A DNA stretch of 64,000 bases from an uncultured delta proteobacterium (lineage in GTDB: Bacteria > Myxococcota_A > Polyangia > Polyangiales > Houyiibacteriaceae): positions 74,188 through 138,187 of the forward strand of contig CAVYJZ010000009.1 in NCBI GenBank assembly GCA_963768985.1, written 5' to 3'. The notes beneath the pieces were generated by a model. It was not told the DNA's origin. It searched no databases and worked only from the letters and a program-made list of their open reading frames with translations. Position numbers and translations under genes: made by a program. Below are positions 26,751-36,955 of this stretch, piece by piece. Every line of letters begins with the position of its first letter. Within the stretch, counting starts at the first letter, position 1.

Positions 26751-28405
26751 CCGACTGGCAACTCAAGAAGCACCCCACGTTTGCTGGTGTCCCGGGCCCC
26801 GTGCTCATCGTTGTCATGGATGGTGTGGGTTGCGGTGCTTCCAACGAGGGCGATGCGGTTTGGCTCGCACGGACGCCGACACTCGACCGGCTCGCTGAGA
26901 TGTCGTTGACGACGCGGCTGCGAGCGCACGGTACAGCCGTCGGGCTTCCCAGCGACGACGACATGGGAAACAGCGAGGTCGGCCACAACGCGTTCGGAGC
27001 AGGGCGTGTGTTCGACCAAGGCGCCAAGCGCGTGCAGATGGCGATCGAGACCGGCGAGATCTTCCAGGGCGAGGAATGGAAGAAGCTGGTTCGTCGCGTT
27101 CGCCAGAGCGGGGAGCCAATGCACTTCATAGGGCTGCTTTCGGATGGCAACGTGCACAGCCATATCGAGCACCTCTTTGCCATGCTGCGGCGATGCAATG
27201 AAGAAGGTGTGCAGCACGCTCGCGTGCATATTCTGCTCGATGGGCGCGATGTCCCCGAAACCAGCGCCCTCGACTACGTCGACGCGCTCGAGAACGTGCT
27301 TCACGAGCTCAACGTACAAGGCGGGCGGGACTACCGCATCGCGTCGGGTGGCGGCCGCATGTTCATGACGATGGACCGCTACAATGCCGACTGGTCGATG
27401 GTCGAGCGCGGCTGGAAGCATCATGTGCTCGGCGAAGGCAGAGGTTTCTCGAGCGCACGCGAGGCGATTCAGACGCTGCGGGACGAGAACCCGGGGATGA
27501 TCGACCAGGACCTCCTTGGCTTCGTGATCGTCGATCGTGAGGGCGCGCCCGTTGGACCGATTCGCGATGGAGCGGCCGTGGTGCTCTTCAACTTTCGCGG
27601 GGACCGGGCGATCGAGCTCACGCGTGCCTTCACCGATCCGGAGCTGAGTGAGTTCGAGCGCGGCCCGATTCCAAACATCGAGTTCGCTGGCATGATGGAG
27701 TACGACGGCGACCTGAAGCTACCCCGTCACTACCTCGTTCAGCCTCCTCATATCGACCGGACGATGGGCGAGTATCTGGCGCGCAATCAGGTCACGCAGT
27801 TTGCTTGCAGCGAGACCCAGAAGTTCGGGCACGTGACGTATTTCTGGAACGGCAATCGGAGCGGGATGTTCGATGCGAGCTACGAAGAGTATGTCGAGGT
27901 TCCCAGCGACGTCGTGCCGTTCGAACAGCGGCCTTGGATGAAAGCGGCGGAGATCACCGACGCGACGCTCACCGCATTACGGAGCGGTGGACTGCGGCAT
28001 GGCCGAATCAACTACGCCAACGGCGACATGGTAGGTCATACCGGCAATCTAGATGCATCCGTGATCGCCGTGGAGGCTGTCGACCTGTCGTTGGCTAGGA
28101 TCATTCCTGTGATCGAGAAGCTCGACGGTGCACTGATCGTGACAGCAGACCACGGGAACTGCGACGAGATGTTCGAAGTCGACAGGAAGTCGGGCGACTT
28201 CAAGCGCGACGACGCAGGGCACTTGCGGAGCAAGACGAGCCACACGCTGAACGCGGTCCCTTGCTATGTCTATGTCCCGGGCAACGACACTCTGCGCCTC
28301 GACGATCGCATTCAGCACCCGGGTATCGCCAACATCTCTGCCACGACCCTCCAGCTTCTGGGCTACCAACGTCCCGAAGGCTACGAGCCCTCGATACTCC
28401 GATGA
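26747..28405 (+). CDS. gpmI: 2,3-bisphosphoglycerate-independent phosphoglycerate mutase
   Basis: 552 aa with the metal/phosphoserine region MGNSEVGHNAFGAGR and TADHGNCDEM. It overlaps the ndh stop by 4 nt (GTGA). Confidence 0.9.
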   Translation: MTDWQLKKHPTFAGVPGPVLIVVMDGVGCGASNEGDAVWLARTPTLDRLAEMSLTTRLRAHGTAVGLPSDDDMGNSEVGHNAFGAGRVFDQGAKRVQMAIETGEIFQGEEWKKLVRRVRQSGEPMHFIGLLSDGNVHSHIEHLFAMLRRCNEEGVQHARVHILLDGRDVPETSALDYVDALENVLHELNVQGGRDYRIASGGGRMFMTMDRYNADWSMVERGWKHHVLGEGRGFSSAREAIQTLRDENPGMIDQDLLGFVIVDREGAPVGPIRDGAAVVLFNFRGDRAIELTRAFTDPELSEFERGPIPNIEFAGMMEYDGDLKLPRHYLVQPPHIDRTMGEYLARNQVTQFACSETQKFGHVTYFWNGNRSGMFDASYEEYVEVPSDVVPFEQRPWMKAAEITDATLTALRSGGLRHGRINYANGDMVGHTGNLDASVIAVEAVDLSLARIIPVIEKLDGALIVTADHGNCDEMFEVDRKSGDFKRDDAGHLRSKTSHTLNAVPCYVYVPGNDTLRLDDRIQHPGIANISATTLQLLGYQRPEGYEPSILR

Positions 28406-28415
28406 GCCCCCTGAG

Positions 28416-29084
28416 CTAGCGGTAACGAATTCGCAGCTTGATCCCGAGAAAGTCCGCGATCTGCTGTGCGTACGAGCGGGGAATCAGATCGAGCCGGCCC
28501 TCGACGACAGCGCGCGCGCGCGCATGCGGCTCGCCCTTGAGAGCCGGCAACACGATTTGACTCCACTCGAACAGCGTCTTGCCGTCCGCGCTGTTGAGAG
28601 CGAGCGTGAGCACGGGCTCGAGGCGCTTCTGGTAGGCGACTGAAGCGGTGCAGAGGGCCGCGAAAGTCTTGACCAGGCCATCTTTGCCAACATCGTTGGC
28701 CGCCGCGAACGAGCTTTTGAGCACGTCGAGCTGTCGAGCGACTCGGGCTGGCGCGATCCGGGCGATGGCAGGAAGCGCTTCCGCCGATGCCTGCACGACA
28801 CGCTTGTTCGACGATGAAATGCCCCTCGCGAACTTCGCGACCAGCGGCACGACGAGCTCGGGCTTCACCAGGATGACCTCGCTGAGCACCCGAGCCGATT
28901 GCGTGGCCGCCGTCCGGGGACCGTCCATCATCGTCTCGCCATGCTCTGCGATCTTCGATTGAGGGCTTTCATCCGCGAGGATCTTCTGAGCGACGGCCAC
29001 CGCTCCGCCGCCGGTTGCCTTCTTGCTCGCCTTGGTTTCGCGAACGCCGGTCTCTTCTGTCGGGCTCTTCTTTTTGGTCGTCAT
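28416..29084 (-). CDS. Hypothetical helical-repeat (HEAT-like) protein
   Basis: The start was set at MTTKKKSPT (ATG 29084), which forms an ATGA overlap with the upstream esterase stop. The protein has a Lys-rich N-terminus followed by predicted helical repeats. Confidence 0.55.
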   Translation of the reverse strand: MTTKKKSPTEETGVRETKASKKATGGGAVAVAQKILADESPQSKIAEHGETMMDGPRTAATQSARVLSEVILVKPELVVPLVAKFARGISSSNKRVVQASAEALPAIARIAPARVARQLDVLKSSFAAANDVGKDGLVKTFAALCTASVAYQKRLEPVLTLALNSADGKTLFEWSQIVLPALKGEPHARARAVVEGRLDLIPRSYAQQIADFLGIKLRIRYR

Positions 29085-30094
29085 TCGGGTCCTTGAAGTG
29101 CTTCTGTGATCCGGGGTAGCGAGACTTCGTAACGCCATGAGGTGCCTCGGTGTCCCCCTTCGTACTCCTCGTAGTAAACTGGCAATGCACGCTCTCGGAG
29201 CGCGTCCGTGAGCAGCCGCGCAGCGAAGTGTAGCCCGTGCTCATCCCTGTTGCCGGCATCGATGTAAACGAGCGACATTGCTTGCAAAGCGGCCATGGAT
29301 GCGTCGATCCGCCGGAGCGGGTCGTGTTCGAGCCACTTCGCCCAGACCTCCTCACGGAGCTCGCCGGTCACCGGATTCATCGGAATCTGCGCGAAGGGGA
29401 AGCCGGCAGCGTCTGGTGAATACGCGGCACTCGCGGCCAACACGAAGATCGCGTCGAACTGGCTGGCATTTTGGGGACCGGCCACCGGGATCTGCTCGGC
29501 GAATGCGTGGAGACCGCCCGCAAGATCGATTGCAATGGCTGCGCTCGTGAGCATGGGCCGCATGCTGACTTCGAATGCCGCATCGCCCGCATGGCTGGCA
29601 ATGACCGAGACGACGTCGGGTCTGTCCATCCCCAGACGGAGCGCGCCGAATCCACCGGAGGAGCGTCCGACCACTGCGCGGGCCTCGCGTTTGGGGATCG
29701 TCCGGTACTCCGCGTCGAGGAATGGAAACACCTCGTCGGCGAGATAGGTTTGGTAGCGTCCGGTTCCCTCCGAATCGATGAACTGGGAGCCACCCCAGCG
29801 ATTGAAGCAATCTGGCAGCACCAGGATCGCCGGCTGGCATCGTCCCTCCGCGACCTGTCGGTCGAATAGCTCGATCGCGTTGGGCTTCCAAGGGTTCCAC
29901 GCGGCGATCGAGTGGTTCGTCGAACCGAAACCGGCGAGCATCATCACGACGCCGAAGCGCCGTTCCCCGTCGTACTGAGGAGGCAGGTAGACGTACAGGT
30001 CGCGCTCGTGCGGATCCGCGAGCGGATTGTCGCTCAGGCAGAGGCTCTGGTGACTTGTTCGAACGACCCGGCCCTTCATTGGCGGGCTTCGCAT
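29081..30094 (-). CDS. Esterase-family alpha/beta hydrolase (enterochelin-esterase/esterase D-like)
   Basis: 337 aa. It has a GRSSGG nucleophile elbow, and LYVYLPPQY...MLAGFGS is typical of the 'putative esterase' fold. Confidence 0.75.
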   Translation of the reverse strand: MRSPPMKGRVVRTSHQSLCLSDNPLADPHERDLYVYLPPQYDGERRFGVVMMLAGFGSTNHSIAAWNPWKPNAIELFDRQVAEGRCQPAILVLPDCFNRWGGSQFIDSEGTGRYQTYLADEVFPFLDAEYRTIPKREARAVVGRSSGGFGALRLGMDRPDVVSVIASHAGDAAFEVSMRPMLTSAAIAIDLAGGLHAFAEQIPVAGPQNASQFDAIFVLAASAAYSPDAAGFPFAQIPMNPVTGELREEVWAKWLEHDPLRRIDASMAALQAMSLVYIDAGNRDEHGLHFAARLLTDALRERALPVYYEEYEGGHRGTSWRYEVSLPRITEALQGPE

Positions 30095-30136
30095 AGCACA
30101 CTCGCGCTGCTCCGGAGCGGAATACGGCGATTTTTG

Positions 30137-31897
30137 CTACATGCGATCGACGACGCCGATGCCCACGAGACCGAGCCCCCGGCGGATCTGCCTTGCCGTC
30201 AACGCCGTCAGCCCGAGCCGGCTCTCTCGCGTGAGCCCCTCGCTGTCGAGCACTGGGCAGTCCGCGTAGAAGCCGTTGAACGCGCGGGCCAGCTCGTAGA
30301 CGTGCTCGCAAATGAGGTGCGGCTGGCTGGTCGCGCCCGCCTGATACACCACGTCCGCGAATCGGAGCAGGAGCTTGCCGAGGCTGAGCTCGGCGGGCGC
30401 GCCGAGCATGATCGTGGCGTGGGCCGCGATGGAGTCGATGTCGATGCCGCCCTTGGCGAAGATCGAACCACAGCGCGCGTAGGCATATTGAAGGTAGGGG
30501 CCCGCATTTCCCTGAAACGAAATCATCTTGTCCCAGTCGAACTGGTAGTCGCTGAGTCGGTTCTGTCGGAGATCCGCGTATTTCACGGCGCCGATTCCAA
30601 CGACTCGGGACACCTCCTCCATCTCCTCGGGCTGAACTCGCAGCCGGCCTTCGGCGATCCCCTCGGTGATGCGCTGCCGCGCACGTTGCTTGGATTGCTC
30701 GAGCAGCGACACCAAGGTGATCACGTGTCCACTCGCGTCCCGGGTTCGTAGCGGCTTCCCATCGTTGCCTAGCACCGTGCCAAAGCCGACGTGCTCGAGC
30801 TCCATCGCAGCGCCCAGGAGCTTCATCACGGCAAAGAGCTGCTCGAAGTGAAGACTTTGGCGGTTGTCGACTACGTAGATCGCGCGATCCGCGTGCAAGT
30901 GCTCTTCGCGATACTGGACGGTCGCGATGTCCGTGGTGGAGTAGAGGAACGCACCATCCTTCTTTCTCACGATGAAGGGGGTCTTCTGTTTTCGAAGGGT
31001 CTGCGGGGCGCCTTCGATCTCGTTCCAGAAGATGCACACCGCACCATCGTCCTCGCGTGCAATACCGCGCTCTAGAAGGCTCTCGACCACCCCACCAAGG
31101 GCATCGTGATAGGCGCTCTCACCGCGCCACATGTCAAACGAGACGTCGAGCTCTGCATAGACCGCCTCGAGGCTGCGCCGACTCACTTCCACGAAGTGCT
31201 CCCAGAGCTTGCGATTGTTTGCGTCGCCGCTTTGGAGCTTGGCTAGCTCCGCCCGCGCCCGTTCGGCGAAGACGTCGTCCTCCCCTGCACGTTCGGATGC
31301 GAGCTTGTACACGCGCTCGAGCTCCGCGATCGGCTGGGATTGAAGGGCGCTCTCGTCGCCCCACTCGCGCATTCCGACGATCAGCAGCCCGAACTGAGTG
31401 CCCCAATCACCGAGGTGGTTGTCGCGCACCACCTCGTGACCCATGAACGACAGGATCCGCGCGATCGCGTCACCAATGATCGTCGAGCGGAGGTGCCCGA
31501 CGTGCATCTGTTTTGCGATGTTCGGGCTCGAAAAATCGACGATGATCTTCGATGGCTCCTCCACTGCCGGCACCCCGTCACGCGCGGCGTCACGCAGTGA
31601 GTCGGTGAGCTTCGACGCGATCCAAGCGGCGCGTAGATGAATGTTCACGAAGCCGGGCCCCGCCACCTCCGCTTTCTCGATCGCATCGACCGTCGCCAAC
31701 GCCTCCGCGATCGGTTCGGCGAGCTCGCGAGGAGGCTTCTTCAGCTCCTTGGCGAGGGGCATTGCGCCATTGATTTGGAAGTCGCCGAATTTGGCGTCCT
31801 GGGTCGGCCGGACCATCGCCGGCCGAGGTTCGTCGAGGCCGAGGGCTTGGCGAATGGCTTCGGCACCCACCGACTCCAGGTATCGCTCGAGGAGCAT
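30137..31897 (-). CDS. argS: Arginine--tRNA ligase
   Basis: 586 aa with the HIGH-type motif NIAKQMHVGHLRSTIIGD, the N-terminal Arg_tRNA_synt_N region and the DALR anticodon-binding C-terminus ending ...VDRM. Confidence 0.95.
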   Translation of the reverse strand: MLLERYLESVGAEAIRQALGLDEPRPAMVRPTQDAKFGDFQINGAMPLAKELKKPPRELAEPIAEALATVDAIEKAEVAGPGFVNIHLRAAWIASKLTDSLRDAARDGVPAVEEPSKIIVDFSSPNIAKQMHVGHLRSTIIGDAIARILSFMGHEVVRDNHLGDWGTQFGLLIVGMREWGDESALQSQPIAELERVYKLASERAGEDDVFAERARAELAKLQSGDANNRKLWEHFVEVSRRSLEAVYAELDVSFDMWRGESAYHDALGGVVESLLERGIAREDDGAVCIFWNEIEGAPQTLRKQKTPFIVRKKDGAFLYSTTDIATVQYREEHLHADRAIYVVDNRQSLHFEQLFAVMKLLGAAMELEHVGFGTVLGNDGKPLRTRDASGHVITLVSLLEQSKQRARQRITEGIAEGRLRVQPEEMEEVSRVVGIGAVKYADLRQNRLSDYQFDWDKMISFQGNAGPYLQYAYARCGSIFAKGGIDIDSIAAHATIMLGAPAELSLGKLLLRFADVVYQAGATSQPHLICEHVYELARAFNGFYADCPVLDSEGLTRESRLGLTALTARQIRRGLGLVGIGVVDRM

Positions 31898-31950
31898 GGG
31901 CGCAGGGATACCACGTGCTAGGCTCCGGCGCCGTGAACGTGATTCGCGCC

Positions 31951-32910
31951 ATGATGGATGGCTTGAGGCCCGTCATTCGGGCCCGTAGGGCGATCTTCGG
32001 GCCGCGCCGCCCGACTTGGTCACTCGAGCTGGAGACGGTGGCCGAGGTGCTGCGGCGCTCCGCCAATCTCTCGACGGTCTTGCCCCTCCAGATCCAACGC
32101 CGAGTCATCGATCCCCCGCGCCCCGTGACTCAACCGATGCGCGAAGTCCACATGGATCCAATCGATGCAGGTGGCGTATCGGCCGAGTGGTTTTCGCAGC
32201 CAGACAGTGATCCCGATCGCGTCGTCCTCTACTTCCATGGCGGTGGATACTCGACCGGGTCGATCAACTCGCATCGGGACTTCTTGGCGCGCCTGTGCAT
32301 TGCGAGCAAAATGCGCGTATTGGCGGCCGACTACCGCCTCGCGCCCGAGCATCCGTTTCCTGCGCAGCTCGAGGACTCGCACCGCGTCTATCTGTGGCTC
32401 ATCGAGACCCAAGGAATCCATCCCGACCGTATCGTGCTCGGCGGCGAGTCCGCAGGGGCCGGATTGACACTTTCCACCTTGGTCTCGCTCCGCGATGCCG
32501 GTCTGCCGTTGCCAGCCGGTGCAGTGCTGATCTCGGGCTGGTTCGACCTGGACTCCCGCAGCACGTCCATGCAATTCAACAGGCACTACGACTTCGTGAC
32601 CCGAGTGGGCATCCGCACGATGGCCAAACGGTTCGCTCCCGTGTCCGAGCACAGCAACCCTTTGGTGTCACCGGTGCATGCAGACATGTCCGGCCTCCCG
32701 CCGCTACTGATTCAGGTCGGAGCCGCCGAAACCCTTCTGGATGACAACTTGCGGGTCGCGGAGGCGGCACGCGCAGCAGGTGTCGAGGTCAAGCTCGAGG
32801 TCTGGCCGGACATGATCCACGCTTGGCATGTCTTCGCGCCGATGCTCGAAGAGGGTCGCCGCGCCATCTGCCGGATCGGCGACTTTGTGAGGGATCGCAC
32901 GGCCGAGTAG
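31951..32910 (+). CDS. Alpha/beta hydrolase, hormone-sensitive-lipase-like esterase
   Basis: It has the HGGGY oxyanion motif and the GESAGAG nucleophile elbow. ATG 31951 is preferred over GTG 31915, which lies only 17 nt from the divergent argS start. Confidence 0.75.
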   Translation: MMDGLRPVIRARRAIFGPRRPTWSLELETVAEVLRRSANLSTVLPLQIQRRVIDPPRPVTQPMREVHMDPIDAGGVSAEWFSQPDSDPDRVVLYFHGGGYSTGSINSHRDFLARLCIASKMRVLAADYRLAPEHPFPAQLEDSHRVYLWLIETQGIHPDRIVLGGESAGAGLTLSTLVSLRDAGLPLPAGAVLISGWFDLDSRSTSMQFNRHYDFVTRVGIRTMAKRFAPVSEHSNPLVSPVHADMSGLPPLLIQVGAAETLLDDNLRVAEAARAAGVEVKLEVWPDMIHAWHVFAPMLEEGRRAICRIGDFVRDRTAE

Positions 32911-33035
32911 GGCGCTTGCGGGCTTGACTCGACGCATACCTGACCTCAGCTTTCTTACTGCAGGCATCCATCAGGACCTTGGAGCGTAATCATGCCCAGG
33001 GCCGAGGGTGACCGACTCGAACACGGGAGGCTGAT

Positions 33036-34877
33036 GTGGCGCAGGCAATCAATCGCTATCGTGCGGACCTACGGGACTTTCGCTTCCTGTTTTTCGAACA
33101 GTTCGACCTGCCCGCAGTCCTCGGGAAGGAACCGTATGCCGAGTGGAGCGCCGACGAGTGCAACATGGTGCTCGACGAGGTCTACCGATTCGTATGCGAC
33201 GTGACTGGCCCCCTCAACGGGACCGGTGATGCCCAGGGTTGCCGCATCGAAGACGGCCGCGTCATCACGCCTGATGGCTTCAAGGACGCGTGGGACAAGC
33301 TCTGGGAAGCCGGTTGGCGCACGGTCGCCTCGCCTTCGCGTTGGGGTGGCCAGGACGCCCCAGCGATGGTCGGCTCCTTCGTCGAGGAGATGCTCTGCGG
33401 CGCCAACACCTCTTTCACGATGTACACAGGCCTCACGCTGACGGCGGCAGAGCTCATCATGGAGTTCGGAACAGCGCAGCAAAAGCAGAAGTACGTGCCG
33501 AAGATGATGAGTGGCGAATGGACCGGCACGATGTGTCTCACCGAACCGCATGCCGGCTCCGACGTCGGCGCTGCGACCACCGCCGCGACGCGCAACGACG
33601 ACGGTACCTACAAGATCCGGGGCACCAAGATCTTCATCAGCGCAGGTGACAACGACCTCGGCACCAACGTGGTGCATCTGGTCCTCGCACGCATCGAAGG
33701 CGCCGAAGCGGGTACCAAAGGCCTGTCGCTCTTTCTGGTGCCACGAGTGCGGATCCGCGAGGATGGATCACTCGGTGAGCTCAACGACGTGACGGTTCCT
33801 TCGATCGAGCACAAGATGGGGATCAACGGGTCGGCGACCTGCGTGATGCAGTTTGGCGACGAGGATGCCTGCATCGGAGAGGTCGTTGGTGGCGTCGAGC
33901 ACCAGGGCATTCGTCAGATGTTTCACATGATGAATGCCGCGCGCATCGGGGTCGGCATTCAGGGCCTCTCCGTAGCTTCTGCGGCGTACCTCAGCGCCCT
34001 CGAGTACGCGCGAGAGCGCAAGCAGGGAGCCAGCGTCAAGGAGTTCAAGGACGCCAACGCTCCGCGGGTTCCGATCATCCAGCATCCGAACATTCGGCGT
34101 GATCTCCTGGCGATGAAGGCTCGCGTCGAGGGTATCCGGGCCCTGGTGATGAAGCTTTCGAACCACGGCGACCGGCTCAGAGCGAGTCAGGGCAAGAACG
34201 ACGAGACCGAGGCCTATCACAAGGGCCAAGTCGACCTTCTGACTCCCCTCGTAAAGGCTTACGGTACCGACGCCGCATTCGAAGTGTCGAGCCGCGCGAT
34301 TCAGGTCTACGGCGGACACGGCTATCTCAAGGATCACCCGGTGGAGCAGTACTGCCGGGATGCGAAGATCTTCCAGATCTACGAGGGCACCAACTTCATT
34401 CAATCGATGGACTTGGTCAGCCGGAAGCTCGGACAGGCAGGTGGGGCCAACACGCAAGCGTTCTTGACGGACATCCAGAACTTCATCAACGCGAACAAGG
34501 AAACGCCCGAGCTTCAAGAGGGAATCGGTCACCTTCAGGGAGCGCATGAAGCGTTTGCGGCCTCGGTGATGCAGTTCATCGGCTGGTTCAAAGGTGGCGA
34601 TATCGAGCACATTCCGCTCGCGTCCGAGGAGTTCCTCACGATCATGAGCGACCTCGCCGTGGGCTGGTTGCTGCTCGACCAGGCTGCCATCGCGCTGAAG
34701 AAGCTGCCGGAGACGTCCAAGACGCATCCGGACTATGCGTTCTACATGGGCAAGACGTTTGCCGCCCGCTACTTTGCGAACAACGTGCTGTCCACCTTGG
34801 CGAGCCGCGTGCAGCGCCTCAGCGCGATCGACACGCTTCCCATCGAGATCCCCGACGAGGCGTTCGCGACCGTGTAG
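33036..34877 (+). CDS. Large acyl-CoA dehydrogenase (FadE-like, with extra C-terminal domain)
   Basis: 613 aa with an ACAD core (TEPHAGSD, QIYEGTNFIQ) and a C-terminal extension of ~150 aa. Confidence 0.85.
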   Translation: MAQAINRYRADLRDFRFLFFEQFDLPAVLGKEPYAEWSADECNMVLDEVYRFVCDVTGPLNGTGDAQGCRIEDGRVITPDGFKDAWDKLWEAGWRTVASPSRWGGQDAPAMVGSFVEEMLCGANTSFTMYTGLTLTAAELIMEFGTAQQKQKYVPKMMSGEWTGTMCLTEPHAGSDVGAATTAATRNDDGTYKIRGTKIFISAGDNDLGTNVVHLVLARIEGAEAGTKGLSLFLVPRVRIREDGSLGELNDVTVPSIEHKMGINGSATCVMQFGDEDACIGEVVGGVEHQGIRQMFHMMNAARIGVGIQGLSVASAAYLSALEYARERKQGASVKEFKDANAPRVPIIQHPNIRRDLLAMKARVEGIRALVMKLSNHGDRLRASQGKNDETEAYHKGQVDLLTPLVKAYGTDAAFEVSSRAIQVYGGHGYLKDHPVEQYCRDAKIFQIYEGTNFIQSMDLVSRKLGQAGGANTQAFLTDIQNFINANKETPELQEGIGHLQGAHEAFAASVMQFIGWFKGGDIEHIPLASEEFLTIMSDLAVGWLLLDQAAIALKKLPETSKTHPDYAFYMGKTFAARYFANNVLSTLASRVQRLSAIDTLPIEIPDEAFATV

Positions 34878-34899
34878 CCCTGTCTTGGCAACCCGGTCG

Positions 34900-35370
34900 T
34901 CAGGCCTGTTGCTTGCGCTTGGCTTGGCAGTCGCCGCAGACGCCGTAGAGCTCGAGCTTGTGGCGCACGAGCTTGAAGCCGAGCCTAGCGGCGACTTTGT
35001 GCTGCAGGGCTTCGATGGCGTCGTCTTCGAACTCGACGATCTTCTCGCAATCCACGCAGATTAAGTGGTCATGATGCTCGTCTTCCCAGGCGACCTCGTA
35101 CCGGGAGACGCCGTCACCAAAGTGACGCTCGAACGCCAACCCACACTCCTTGAGGAGCTTGAGAGTCCGGTACACCGTGGCGTACCCGATGCGGGGTTCC
35201 TCGACCCGCACCCGGTCGAGCAAGTCCTCGATGGAGAGGTGCTCCGTCGTAGCGAAGAACATCTCCGTGACCAGCCGCCGCTGTTCGGTCGACCGTAGAC
35301 CATGCCTGGACATGTAGTCGTTCAAGCGAGCACGGAGTTGCTCGACGTCGTGTTCGGCGGTGGCTCCCAT
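34900..35370 (-). CDS. fur: Fur-family metalloregulator
   Basis: 156 aa with a winged helix (ATVYRTLKLL), HHDHLICVDCEKIVEF and CGDC metal sites. Confidence 0.85.
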   Translation of the reverse strand: MGATAEHDVEQLRARLNDYMSRHGLRSTEQRRLVTEMFFATTEHLSIEDLLDRVRVEEPRIGYATVYRTLKLLKECGLAFERHFGDGVSRYEVAWEDEHHDHLICVDCEKIVEFEDDAIEALQHKVAARLGFKLVRHKLELYGVCGDCQAKRKQQA

Positions 35371-35413
35371 TCGCGCTCTATACCCGAATCGTTCCTAAGG
35401 TAACATCCAAGAC

Positions 35414-36913
35414 TTGTCCATCCCCATCACGAAAAGTGACCGCCAATTCGAGCGTTTCGCCTGGGCGGTCCGCCTGACGCCTTTGATCGTAGCGATCATG
35501 CTCGGGGCGCTCTGGGTAGCGGGCACTCCCCGGGTCGTTCCCGACCTTCGACTCAGCGCACCGATCGTGGCGCAACCGGGAACGAGTATCGGGCTTCGCG
35601 CGTGGCAGGTAGACGAAGACGCCGAAGGGAACACCGTCATCTCGGGGCCGCCGGTCGGCGTCGAGCTCCGTAACGCGGCGGGTCTGACGCTCGCGAGGGC
35701 GGAGCTAGGGATGTCCCTGGTGCAAGGCAGAGAGGGTCATCTGCAGATTCCGGAGGGCATCGACGAAGTGCTCAGGCTGGTTGCGATAGCCCAGATTGAC
35801 GGCCGCACGGTTTCCGTCGAGCGATCCCTCTACGTGCGGAGCTCGATCGAATCGCGGCTGCCGGCTGGGCGTGCGGTCAACGCGTTTCAGGTCTACGAGC
35901 TGGGCCCAATCCGCAACCTCGATCCGATCCACGCGACGCACGTGCTCGATCCGCGCGTCGAGGAAGGTGCGTGCGTCCCGGACTTGCGCTGCTGGCTCTC
36001 GATATGGGTCGGCGACGAAGAGGTCGAAGTGCGGGTGCGTTCCCTCACCGGAGCTCGGATCGATTCGAGCATCGTGCGCCCATCGAATCAATTCGCTAGG
36101 TTTCCGCTGGTGGTCGTGGGCAATGAAGCCCGCGTCGACGTCGAGGCGATCGGTCCCGGCGGCGCCATCCTCGCCGCTCGCGAGGCACGGCTTCCCATCG
36201 TGCCAGGCGGCATCGTGGCGCGAGCCTCCTCGGACGGAGGGACCATCCGACTCGATTGGGAGCAGCTCGGCGGACCGCACCCGGTGCTGGTCGACGTCTT
36301 CCAGCAGCGCCGGTGGATGGACGCGTTCTCCCTTTCTCCCGAGGCTCCTTACCTGCCGAATCTGGGACCTGGCGTGTGGCGTCTTCAAGTGCGCGCCGAT
36401 CTCCTCTCGGATGATACGGCCGGTGTGGCGTATACGGTCGTCGCCGCTCCGGATGGCCCCGGACGAGCGCGCCAAGCGGTGAATGCTCTTCTGGACGAAT
36501 CGGATCGGGAAGGGCTGGATCCAATTGCGATGGCAGTCATCGACGGCGGGATTCCGGACGCCAACGCCGAAGATCTGCTTCGGGCTCTCTTCGCAATCCC
36601 CAGCTTCGATGTCGTGTCGTTGGGGCCGGCGTCGAGCTCCAGGGTCCGCGACGACGAAGCGTTCGTCGCAGAGCAGGAGCGTCGGCGCTGGCAAACCGCG
36701 GCCGCGATCCTGCTCATCGGCTTGATCGTGAGCATGGTACTGCTTCGCGTCGAGCTCGTTGCGCAGGCGCGCGCGCGCCGGCTCCTCGAGGACCTCGGGG
36801 ACGAGTCGCCACCCATCGGTCCTCGCGCATCTTCGGGCCGGGGTTTATGGGCCTTCGTACTCCTGGTCTTCGTGCTGATGGCCGTGCTCGCGCTTTCTAA
36901 GCGTTGGTTTTGA
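35414..36913 (+). CDS. Hypothetical membrane protein (one N-terminal and two C-terminal TM helices, large central domain)
   Basis: 499 aa. The TM helices are LTPLIVAIMLGALWVAG, AAAILLIGLIVSMVLLRV and LWAFVLLVFVLMAVLAL. The composition is protein-like, unlike the Arg-rich antisense ORF. The TTG start is uncertain. Confidence 0.55.
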   Translation: MSIPITKSDRQFERFAWAVRLTPLIVAIMLGALWVAGTPRVVPDLRLSAPIVAQPGTSIGLRAWQVDEDAEGNTVISGPPVGVELRNAAGLTLARAELGMSLVQGREGHLQIPEGIDEVLRLVAIAQIDGRTVSVERSLYVRSSIESRLPAGRAVNAFQVYELGPIRNLDPIHATHVLDPRVEEGACVPDLRCWLSIWVGDEEVEVRVRSLTGARIDSSIVRPSNQFARFPLVVVGNEARVDVEAIGPGGAILAAREARLPIVPGGIVARASSDGGTIRLDWEQLGGPHPVLVDVFQQRRWMDAFSLSPEAPYLPNLGPGVWRLQVRADLLSDDTAGVAYTVVAAPDGPGRARQAVNALLDESDREGLDPIAMAVIDGGIPDANAEDLLRALFAIPSFDVVSLGPASSSRVRDDEAFVAEQERRRWQTAAAILLIGLIVSMVLLRVELVAQARARRLLEDLGDESPPIGPRASSGRGLWAFVLLVFVLMAVLALSKRWF

Positions 36914-36955
36914 CTGGTGTTTGCGCGCCTCCCCCGGCCGACCTAGATTGCAGCG

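Noticed and set aside
29352-31037. A 561-aa minus-strand ORF spans the esterase/argS junction.
   Set aside because: It is out of frame with two well-supported genes on the same strand, is extremely Arg-rich, and crosses an intergenic gap. It is a shadow ORF.
33768-34727. This 319-aa ORF and others like it are long ORFs antisense to a well-supported gene. The others are 52692-53642, 35705-36694, 19645-20592, 12346-13164, 40328-40897 and 41135-41800.
   Set aside because: Each lies opposite a gene with strong family signatures (ACAD, recA, msrAB, the RND pump, argJ). They have biased Arg/Gly/Pro composition and no motifs.
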